DNA of 64,000 bases, from assembly GCA_002269645.1 (NCBI GenBank), contig NIVC01003693.1, forward strand, positions 18,524 through 82,523. Reading direction: 5' to 3'. This stretch comes from Macrostomum lignano. Lineage: Eukaryota. The position numbers and the translations under genes are program-made. The notes under the pieces are model-generated. The model saw only the letters and a program-made list of their open reading frames with translations, ran no database searches and was not told the origin of the DNA. This document shows, one piece after another, positions 11,532 to 21,681 of the stretch (position 1 is the stretch's first letter; the number at the start of each line of letters is the position of its first letter).

Positions 11532-12730
11532 TTCTTTTCTTCACTCCGACCTCCGACCGCCCGCAGGCGGCCGGGGCGGGGCCGGGTGGCCGCCAGGGTC
11601 GTCAATGGGCGGCTCGGTCCGACCCACCCTCTTGAGGTAGTCACAGATGAGGGCGCCGCCACCCTCGAGAACGTCGTTCCAGGAAATGACCACCCCGCCC
11701 CAGGTGCGGATGCGGGCCTGGTGGTGGCAGGGGCAGTAGAGCATAAGATGATCGACCGAGTCCGGTTCTCCGCAGTCGGCGCATCGGTCGTTCTGAGCGA
11801 GGCCGAACCGAAACAGGGTGTCGCGAGTCAGGGGGGATTTCTTAGTGCGGATTTGGCTGACCGTCACCTGGCCCCACCTGGGAAGGTCATCGTGGCCTGG
11901 CGTCGGAGTCAGGTGCGGATGCGTGCGGTCCCGCGCAGTTCTCCAATTGGACAGTACGTGGCGGACGGCATTTTTGGCGGAGGCCTGGGAAAGTTGCGCG
12001 GTGTTCGGTTCCAATTCTGCAGCTTCGCGGGCGAGGGCGTCCGCCGCCTCGTTACCAGCAATGTCCGCGTGGCCAGGAACCCATTGGAAGTGGAGCCTGG
12101 TCTGAGCTGGGAGGTCGGTGATGAGTCGCCAGATCGTGAGGACGAGCGAATTAGTAGAACGGTACGGGCCTTGGTTGATGGCCTGAAGGCCTGATCGTGA
12201 GTCGGTACAGATGTGAACCGAGAGCCGCGGGTTGCCGATGGTGTCGAGGGTTTGACGTAGGGCTCTTATCGCTGCCTCGATGGCGACCAATTCAGCGTGG
12301 GTGCTACTGCACCACTTTCCGGCTTGCTGGCGGATGGACATGCGGAGTGCCTCGATGGATTCGGCAGTGAGGAGAGCACCTCCGCCGGCAGCAGTGCCGT
12401 CCGGGCTAACGGAGCCGTCCGTCCAGATGGTGCAGTCGGCGCTCGGTAACAGGGCCAAGGTGGCTTCTGCCGCAGCACGGCGGGCCTCCAGTGGGTCGGA
12501 TCTTTTGGTCGGCCGGGCGAGATCGGTAGCGATGGTGATCGCCTGGTCGGCTAAGTGCCACGGCGGGAGAGCCGGGTAGTGCTGGCGGTCTATGTCTCCG
12601 ATGTGGATACCGGCAAGGCTCAGGAGCCACAGGCCTACTCGTCTGAAGCATGGCCGGTGACTCAAGACGATGTCTTCATCGTGGAGGTCCGTGTCGACGG
12701 GCCGGTCCGCTGGGCCTTCACGCTCCCAAG
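11532..12730 (-). mobile_element. 5'-truncated Ingi/I-group LINE (RNase H + C-terminal zinc knuckle) with a 13-bp TSD
   Basis: ORF 11541..12665 has WTDGS, HAELVAI, TDSRSGL, WVPGHADIAGNEAAD and CADC..HLMLYC. The 3' tail is 9 nt (AGAAAAGAA). TGTTGTTGTTGCT is identical at 11519-11531 and 12731-12743. Confidence 0.95.
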
Positions 12731-13593
12731 TGTTGTTGTTGCTGCTGCTGCTGCTTCAAATTTCCCTCCACTCCCGACAGTGAATGCCACAGCAGCGCTT
12801 GCAGCAGCTTCCATTATCTTTTTAGTCATTGGCTCTGCTCAAGGTCATTCCTATCCAATTTTCTATCGATTGGATAATGGCTTTGACTGCATCGACTCCT
12901 AGTGATGTCACTTCTATGATTGACTGTGCAGCAGTGTGCTCAGTCACTTTGTGTGCAACCATGCAATGCAGTAAATGTGAGGGAATGCGCCTGCACCAAC
13001 ACTGTACAAAATCTATGTGAAGAAGCGATAGGTACAGAGTTGTGAGTGAGTCGAAAACTTAGACAGATCAGAAGGCTGTGTGCGACCCAGACTGAGGCCT
13101 GTCGATGATGGCTGCAGTGACTGATGAGGCAGAGGCAGCACATTCGAATCTTGGACAAGTGACTATCTGCAGGTAGGAGGCGAGCAAGCACCAGGCAGCA
13201 AGGATTCTGCAGGAGGCTGGGACTGGCTGACGTTGTGGATTCGTGTTTTGTGTCATAAAAGACAGCCAAATAGTTATGGCGGTGGTGAGTCAACAATAAT
13301 TTAACAGAAAAACAACAACAGTGAGTTTTTGATGCAGCCATCTTTCGTGCTCTATTTGAATTGACTCGAATTCATTTCTCGAGAAGGTAAAACGCTTAAT
13401 CACAGCAGCTTATTCGTTTAGGATACTCATCAAATACTATTTTAATATAAAGAAATTGCCTTGATAAAATTACTTTTTATTAAACTTCTCACGGATATTT
13501 CTGTTTAATTAGGTTCCTTGTCAGATTTGTTAGTTTTCTTTGTTAAAGTAATTCACTCAAGTGGGAGTCTCCAGCAAGATCATCAGTACACCT

Positions 13594-13809
13594 TGTTGTA
13601 TACCGATCCGAATCCAATGTACTTTTATTTTCAGTCGTTGCCCCAGCGTTAATTTATTTGTCTGTGTCCCAAACAGCTACCGACTGACTCTGACTCTATA
13701 AAGGCTTGCCGTTACTTATATCGTTAAATAAAATATACATTCAACTTAAGCTACGCTCTCGTTATAACAGCTTTCGGCTCAGCACAGAGTCAAAGCACAA
13801 AACACAACA
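13594..13809 (+). repeat. 5' LTR
   Basis: Direct repeat of 17791-18006. Confidence 0.97.
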
Positions 13810-16800
13810 ATGGCGTCGCAGTCACTTGGCGAACTGCCGCTGGAGAAGCCCGATCGAGCTCAAACCTGGATGACTGCCTTCCAAGCGCTGGCCCGAGCAA
13901 AGGGCTGGACTGATAGTGATGGAAAGAAGACCATCGCAGACAACTTTTTGGCGCACTGCGGGCTCACAGCCTTGGAGAAGATACAAAGCATAATCGCCCC
14001 CAAATCCGTGACCGACCTGACTTTTGATGAAATCAACACTGCCGTGCAAGCGTACCTAAAGCAAAAGGAAAAGCTGGTCATCGCTGAACGCGTTCGTTTC
14101 TTCGCCATGCGGCAAGCACCAAATGAATCAATTTCTGACTTCGTTAGTCGACTTCGTCGTGCCGCTAAGGACTGTAAGTTTGATGATTTGAAGACATCCA
14201 CCAGTCCTCTCGAGGAACTGCTCCAAATGGCGCTAATTTCTGGGCTCAGCAATGTAAACCAACAACAACGCGTTCTGGAAGCCACTCAAATCAAATCATT
14301 CAAGTCGGTTCCCGAAATTGTCGACTTTATTCGCGACCTAGAGCAGGTGACAGCTTTTGTGTCCATAAAATCAAGCGACTTTCAAGCGACTTTGACTCAG
14401 CCAGCTCCTTCAATCCAAACACACGAAGCCTCTGTGCATTACTCGCAGCGACATAATGGACATCGGAGTGTCAAGGACTGTCGTTGCTGCGGCAAAGCAC
14501 ATTCGGAAGGAAAATGCCCGGCTTTTGGCAAGCTCTGTTCAAAATGTGGTAAGAAAAATCACTTCGCCAGTGTATGTCGCTCATCATCTGCACGGCCTGT
14601 GCACCAAGTCACTGACCCATCAGCTCATGAAATAGACAATGAGCCACATGAGAAGACTTCTCTGATGCATCTCAGCGACGTGGGCACCGTCCACGCTGTC
14701 AACGTGGCCACCGAGCCACTTATTATCGATGGCAAGACCGTCGACATGCAGATCGATACAGGCGCCTCCGTCTCCGTGCTCTCCAGTTCGCAATGGGAAC
14801 GACTGGGTCGACCCTCGCTGCAGAAGTGTTTTCGGCGGCTAGAAGCCTTTGATGGTCACGTGATGAAATCACTCGGAAAGCTGGCAACCACGGTTGAACT
14901 ACGAGGTCATCTGCACCCTGCAGAGCTCATTGTGGTCAACTCGAGCAAACCATATGGCTTACTTGGTCGCGATCTGTTGGACGCGGAGGACCTCTTTCAC
15001 ACCACAAGTGTGCCCCAGAACAACACCCGCGTAGTTGAGCCACTGCCTACCATAAAAGGCGTGAAAGCTCGCATGGAGGTTGTTGACGGTGCCAGACCCA
15101 GATTCTGCCGTGCTCGATCCGTGCCTATTGCAATTGAGGGGCAGATTAACGCCGAACTCGACCGCTTGCAACAGCTAGGAATAATTGAACCCATCGAGGG
15201 ACCCGTGAGCAATGCGTCGCCCGTGGTGTGGGTGAAAAAGAAAGATGGCACCTTGCGCATGTGTGCCGATTACAGTGTACACGTGAATGAGAAAATAAAG
15301 TCCGACTCTCATCCGATCCCCAATGTAGAAATTCTTTTCTCACGCTTGAAAAACGCAAAAGTCTTCGCCACCGTCGACCTCCGCTCGGCCTACTGGCAAA
15401 TTGAACTGGATGAAGCGGCCAGAGATCTTTCTATCATCAACACGTCGCGTGGACTGTACCGAGTAAACAGATTGCAAATGGGGATGAAAAACGCCTCGTT
15501 CATCTTCCAGAGAACTATGGAATCGATTTTGTCAGACATCAAAGGACTGCTGATTTATCAAGACGACATCCTGGTGCACGCACCAGATGCGGCTACTCTA
15601 GAAAAGCGCCTTGCCGCGGTGCGCACCCGACTACAAGAAAAGCGCGTCACCATCAACGAGTCAAAGTGCATCAGCTACACCGATTCCATCTCTTTTCTTG
15701 GATTCAAGATCTCTGCCGCCGGAATCCAGCCAGACGATCGGCTTGTTGAAAAAGTCAGACAAGTTTCTGCACCGACTAACAAATCTGAGCTCGCGAGCTT
15801 TCTGGGACTAGTCAACTTCTTTGGGAGACTGATTCCGAACTTCGCTCGAAAGACCGCTCCTCTTAACCATCTGCGAAAATCCAACGTCAACTTTGGTTGG
15901 ACCGACGAGTGCTCTCGAGCTTTTAATAACCTCAAAGCCGAAATCGCCTCTGCGCCAATAGTGCAGCCCTATAGCCTATCAAAGGAGCTGACTCTAACAA
16001 CGGATGCCTCAAAGAGCTCAATAGCTGCTGTAGTGACTCAGGAAGGGCATCCCGTAATATTTGTATCAAGGACGCTGTCATCCGCCGAATCAAATTATTC
16101 AAATATTGAGCGCGAGGCCCTCGCCATCTTCTGGGCCGTCGCTCGACTGAAGCACTTCCTTCATGGCCGTCACTTCACAATCAAGACAGATCATCAGCCA
16201 CTGACTCGCCTTTTCCGCGGTGGCATCCCTCTGAACACATCGGCGAGAATCGGGCGCTGGGCTATGCATCTCATGCAGTTTGACTTCAACATCGAGTACG
16301 TGCGAGGCCGCGACATTCCACACGCTGACGCTTTATCTCGGCTCCGCTTTGATCACCCTTCAGCAGACGACAAGGAAACGTTTGATGCTATCAACGTCGT
16401 GGTATTTGAATCGCCGGTGATCGAGGCCGGAAGAATTTTGGCAGAAATGGACGCAGACCCGTTCACCCAGAAGATTTTAATGAGAGTACGCAATGGAAAT
16501 TGGCAAGGTTGCTCGCAGGCAGAGTCAAGCTTCAAAGCCGTTTCCGAAAAGCTAACGCTGGAAAACGGACTTCTTTACATGCAGAGGAGGGTTTACATCC
16601 CCCACGGTTGCGCCGGGCTGCCTTTGACGCGATCCATGACACCCACTCTGGAATTCAGGCCTCATACAACCTGCTTTCAGCGTCTTGCTGGTGGCCTGGG
16701 ATGCAACAGGATGTGTCACGATTTGTCCAACGCTGCCCGGTCTGCAGCCGCCTACGACCGCGTGTCGGCCACGACAGGGATCGATGGCCCGCCCCGGACT

Positions 16801-17627
16801 ATCCATTCCAACGCATTCACATGGACTGGGCGCATGTAAGAGGAGCTGGCGACATACTGATTATCGTTGACGCTCATTCTGGCTGGATAGAAGCGTTTCC
16901 CTGCCAAAACAGAGTGGCCAGCACTGTCCAGCGGTGCCTCTGCGCCATCTTTGCACGCTTTGGTATGCCGGAGCTGGTTGTGTCAGACAACGCACCCGAA
17001 TTTGTGGCCGATAGCCTCAACGCATGGCTGCGCGCACATGGAGTGAAGAAAATGGAGTCACCCGCCTACTATCCTCAGGCAAACGGCCTCGCAGAAAGGG
17101 CAGTGCAGACCGTTAAATCAGCGCTGCGTGCATGGTCGGAAAGAATAACTCACATGGATTTCCCATTCTACCTGCAAAAAGTGCTCATGCACCATCGCAA
17201 CTCCTCAAGAAGCCGCGGCCAGTGCCCAGCCGAGTTGGTGCTTGGTAGACGCCTTCGTGTACCGGTCGTCTCACAGTTCGAGCAAGGAGACAACGTCATC
17301 TACCAGCCGCAGAAATCAACTCAGGGAAGCCAGGCTACATTTCTAATGACTGCTGGACACAATACGGCATGGATTTTAGAAGATGAGAGCCTGAAGCTGG
17401 CCAGCACCAATCAGTTGGCCCCACGAATGCCACAGCAGGACGCCCTTACAGCGGACGAAGAGGAAGCGAATGACAATCTGCCTGTGCAACAGCCCCCGAT
17501 GCAAATGGCGGCCGGAGAAGAGCAGGCACCAACGACCCATGAGCAGGATGCCCCAGAGCAACCGAATGACAACCCGATGCGCCGAAGCTCGCGAAATCGT
17601 CGGGCCCCTGATCGATTCGTGCCGTAA
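13810..17627 (+). CDS. Gag-Pol polyprotein (Gag zinc knuckles, protease, RT, RNase H, integrase); one frameshift near 16600
   Basis: CxxC..H..C knuckles, IDTGAS, YQDD, TDAS, then integrase HDTH..WWPGM..CPVC, MDW, SDNAPEF, NGLAERAVQTVK in the shifted frame. The shift falls in a C5 run (16599-16603). Confidence 0.95.
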
Positions 17628-17790
17628 TTGCTGAACAGTATAGACGCTGATTAAATTCCAAACTTTCAACGAATTCGCCGTTACTTTGTTAAGCACCAAG
17701 CTCCCTAAGCTCACCCGTTCATACTCAAACCCACTAATCAATAACCACCAACGCTTTTCCGTTGCAGTTCTCATTCCCTCGAAGGGGACA

Positions 17791-18006
17791 TGTTGTATAC
17801 CGATCCGAATCCAATGTACTTTTATTTTCAGTCGTTGCCCCAGCGTTAATTTATTTGTCTGTGTCCCAAACAGCTACCGACTGACTCTGACTCTATAAAG
17901 GCTTGCCGTTACTTATATCGTTAAATAAAATATACATTCAACTTAAGCTACGCTCTCGTTATAACAGCTTTCGGCTCAGCACAGAGTCAAAGCACAAAAC
18001 ACAACA
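17791..18006 (+). repeat. 3' LTR
   Basis: Direct repeat of 13594-13809, preceded by the PPT. Confidence 0.97.
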
Positions 18007-18693
18007 CACATTGACGTACTTCTTCCAGTTGGGGTCCAGCTCGATCGCGTCACCAACACTGGCGTCAGTGAAGTCCAGCATCCGGAACCTGCCTTGCACA
18101 GCATTGTGGAGAGCAGCTCTGCACTGCCAGCGACGTGAACAGAGGGACAGACAGTCAAACTTCTTGTAAACAGCCGCGACCTCAGTGAAGCAGTAGTCAG
18201 GACTGATGTCACCGAGCTTCAGAAACTCAGTGACCTTAAGGTAGGAGCTGTTCGGTGTTGTGATTGGCTGGCAGACTGTGCCATGAAGTTTCAGCATACC
18301 GTCACCGAGTCCAGTGTTGATTATCAAGCCGAAGTCGTCATTGGCAGCGGAATTTCTGGGAGAAGGCTCATTCCAATCCGAATCTTCGGACTGAAGAAGC
18401 GAGCCATTCGTGAGGCGCCAGCCAGTGCGGGATGTCTGCCTCTCGCGCGTCAAGTCCGAGAATCCAACCCAGGACCAGGCGGAGATTTGCGATCGCACGG
18501 CTCGCATCACCCCAAGATCCAGCAGCAGTTCGCCACCGATTTGCAAGCAGCGCTCAGCTGCATCGCACCACAGTCTCTTCGGGGAGTATTCGATGAAGAG
18601 GCAGTGGCCGTTTGTGATGGTGAAAGGCAGCTGACAGGCGGATGCTGCAGTGAGCATCAGAAACTGCAGCTGCAACAGCGATTGAAGCTGCAT
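17959..18693 (-). CDS. C-type lectin + PAN/apple protein (copy 2), with an LTR-derived C-terminus
   Basis: Near-identical to 5286..5978. Copy 1 ends KKYVKVY; copy 2 reads KKYVNV then CCVLCFDSVLSRKLL from the antisense LTR. Confidence 0.8.
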   Translation of the reverse strand: MQLQSLLQLQFLMLTAASACQLPFTITNGHCLFIEYSPKRLWCDAAERCLQIGGELLLDLGVMRAVRSQISAWSWVGFSDLTRERQTSRTGWRLTNGSLLQSEDSDWNEPSPRNSAANDDFGLIINTGLGDGMLKLHGTVCQPITTPNSSYLKVTEFLKLGDISPDYCFTEVAAVYKKFDCLSLCSRRWQCRAALHNAVQGRFRMLDFTDASVGDAIELDPNWKKYVNVCCVLCFDSVLSRKLL

Positions 18694-18911
18694 GATGTTG
18701 CTTTCATTGGCAGTGATGCAGATGTGACAGATGGCAATTTCTTGCCATGTGTGAGTTCAGTCTGACGAAATTTAAATGGCATTGCTTTTTCTCCTGGCAA
18801 CCAATCAGAAGTACTCATGCGCAATACGTTTCCTTGGGATTCATTTATACGAACGAGTATCCTCTCACTCTAATGGGGTGCTGGGGTTAAACTTTGGTTT
18901 TCACGTTGTTT

Positions 18912-18936
18912 CACTCTCTCTCTCTCTCTCTCTCTC
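18912..18936. repeat. (CT)n microsatellite
   Basis: Direct reading. Confidence 0.9.
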
Positions 18937-19523
18937 CTCCGACCCATCCCACTGGTCCTTCCTTTTCACCCATCTACGGTCTGGCTTGCCAACGAGATTG
19001 CTAAAAACTTTGATAAGCTACAAAATAAACCAGGCTCCCGCAAACTGCCCGCATTTACACGGCAACGAAATTTACAGAGCCTCCTGGCTCCCAATAAGTT
19101 TAAGAAGTCTCAGCCGGGAAACCATTGAATCGTTTTAACCAATGCGCTCACTTTACCCTATTGAAGTACAATATTTATTCACTTTGTCATTTATTTTACT
19201 CAAACTGCTTGATTGTACGCACAAATATCGATATTTATGCTCCTACCTCCAATACCGGCATTTCATCTAATCGTATAGTACTTCGAGAAGTTTTAGTATA
19301 TTGAGATATTTAATTTTTATATAATAAATATACTGTCGATTGAAATGAAATGAACGGTGGAAAGCCTCTGGGACAAGTTAGAGCTAGACAAAACAGGGTT
19401 TTAAATGTACATCCCTCATATATTACAACTACTCATCAATTTTATCAGACTAAGAAAAATAATACTTAAAAGACCAATTTGCATTGCATTACACACTGAT
19501 TTTTGGCCTGACAAAGAGCCCAG

Positions 19524-21062
19524 GGGCCCGTGCTATAGAATCAGGAGTTAGGAGTTAGGAGCTAGGACTCAAGAGTACTCTTGACAAGGAGTGATTGAAT
19601 TTTGTGTGCTATAGAATCAGGAGTTAGGAGTTAGGAGCTAGGACTCAAGAGTACTCTTGACAAGGAGTGATTGAATTTTGTGTGCTATAGATTTCAGGAG
19701 TTAGGAGTTAGGAGCTAGGACTCAAGAGTACTTTTGACAAGGAGTGATTGAATTTTGTGTGCTATAGATTTCAGGAGTTAGGAGTTAGGAGCTAGGACTC
19801 AAGAGTACTCTTGACAAGGAGTGATTGAATTTTGTGTGCTATAGAATCAGGAGTTAGGAGTTAGGAGCTAGGACTCAAGAGTACTCTTGACAAGGAGTGA
19901 TTGAATTTTGTGTGCTATAGATTTCAGGAGTTAGGAGTTAGGAGCTAGGACTCAAGAGTACTTTTGACAAGGAGTGATTGAATTTTGTGTGCTATAGATT
20001 TCAGGAGTTAGGAGTTAGGAGCTAGGACTCAAGAGTACTCTTGACAAGGAGTGATTGAATTTTGTGTGCTATAGATTTCAGGAGTTAAGAGTTAGGAGCT
20101 ATAGGAGTTCTTGCAAGGAGTGCAGCCCCCTTGCAAGGAGTGTTGCGCAATCGTTTAAGGATGATAGAGAATTGTGTGCTATATCACAATTCTAACTTTA
20201 CGGTCCTTAAGGATTGAATCTCAGGAGTGAAAATGCAAATTGCTCAAAAAATATCATTTGTGAGAGCCGTCGCTGCACGCAAAGAGGTGTAAATTATACC
20301 AGCGTATTTACTCGTTTTAATATATGCGTTGACCAAGCAATGCAGAAGAGTATCAAAAGTAAAAGTAAAAAGTCTAAATGTACATGTGTACTTGTAAATA
20401 TCAATAAAAGAAAATAATACACCAGTCTAATTATCAAAGAATTGTGTCAAGTGCAATTTAGAGCTCGAGTGTGTTCAAAACGTATTAACTAGTTGATCAC
20501 GGCGGCCATTGTTGTTGACAACGATTTCGCCTTCGTTGTTGGGCTCTAAGATGTCCGGGATCACCTCTGGGTAGAGTTCTGGCTGCTTGTTTTCAAGTTT
20601 TCAATAGCACTCTCGGCTGGATCTTCTTCAAAAAAATTAATTCTTGCCTTATATTGTCGACGGCGTCTATCATTGACTCCTTCCTCATCAGAATCCGATT
20701 CGCTGTCCGAAAACATTATAATCCTAGCTTGTCTAAGAGTGAAAATTGGCCCTTGAACTCTTGCTTAGGAGTCAAGAGTTAGGAGCGAAATTTTCTCATT
20801 CTATAGGACACGCGCTCCTAGAATCACTCCTAAAAGCCAACTCCCAGCTCCTAGACTTCCTCTCCTAATTCTATAGCATGCCACGGACCTTAATGAGTTC
20901 TCCTAAATTCACCCAGGAGTCTCCTAACGTCCTTAAGGAGCCTCCTAGCTCTTAAAATTTACTCTGATTCTTGATTCTATAGCACAGAAAAGCCAGCTAG
21001 GAGCTAGGAGTTAGGACACTCTTAAGGATTTAGGAGTTAAGAGTATTCTATAGCACGGGCCC
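19524..21062. mobile_element. Non-autonomous, internally deleted PIF/Harbinger DNA transposon
   Basis: 18-bp perfect TIR GGGCCCGTGCTATAGAAT (19524-19541 / 21045-21062); 3-bp TSD CAG/CAG. Minus-strand remnant 20475-20716 joins a transposase-like N-terminus (MFSDSESDSDEE..RRRRQYKARINF) to a C-terminus (NGRRDQLVNTF*). Confidence 0.85.
19530..20110. repeat. 76-77 bp tandem array (about 7.5 copies) inside the Harbinger left end
   Basis: Unit starts at 19530, 19606, 19682, 19759, 19836, 19912, 19989 and 20066. Each begins with the TIR core GTGCTATAGA. Confidence 0.95.
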
Positions 21063-21119
21063 CAGAGGCTCGAAACCGGTAGCCTATTTTCTAAAATAAT
21101 ACTTTAACACGCCGTGACC

Positions 21120-21120
21120 T

Positions 21121-21159
<39 letters not shown>
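21120..21159. repeat. (CT)n microsatellite
   Basis: Direct reading. Confidence 0.9.
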
Positions 21160-21162
<3 letters not shown>

Positions 21163-21681
21163 TTTACCCCTACCCGTTTGCACATGGGCGCTTCCTAGTA
21201 TGCATGGTTTTAACACTCCGCCAATCAGATTGTGTTGGTCTGTTATTGTACATGGTGTCGTGCTATGCAGTCAAATAAATACTTTCGTCACCTCGGTATA
21301 CTTCTGTTCGTATGTTTTTTCTCCTTCGCTTGCAAGCATGACTTGACTCAGTCTGCCTAGACTAACACAGAAATTCCATATTTCAGTTTTAAAGCATCTA
21401 ACAAGGTAGCCTGACCCAAGTAAAGTGGCTAGGACCTGCAGTGACACCACTGCTCATGTGTTTGATTCAGGTGGGCAATTACAGAGAAACTCTGTGTGAG
21501 CAAATACATAAGAAATATAGAAATTTTCATGCCGAAATCAAGTGAAAAGATCGTTTAAATGGTACTTATCGAATTCACAGTTTCTTATTGTAAAATTAGC
21601 TCAGTGTTTTTCTAGAAAAATTGTCTCATGTTACAACAAAACTGGTTGATTCTTCAACAATCAGCAAACTTTCAACGAACT

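Larger units (their letters stand above)
13594..18006 (+). mobile_element. Full-length Ty3/Gypsy LTR retrotransposon (about 4.4 kb)
   Basis: 216-bp LTRs at 13594-13809 and 17791-18006, identical by eye, with TGTTGT...ACAACA ends. PBS-like TGGCGTCGCAG at 13811; PPT GAAGGGGACA at 17781-17790; 5-bp TSD CACCT/CACAT. Confidence 0.97.

Noticed and set aside
13124-13150. Hammerhead core CTGATGA
   Set aside because: No stem II or GAAA in the required geometry, and the paralogous site near 4638 lacks the core.
16599-16603. Programmed ribosomal frameshift in Gypsy pol
   Set aside because: The shift lies between RNase H and integrase in a C run, not at a gag/pol slippery site; a sequencing error or point deletion is more likely.
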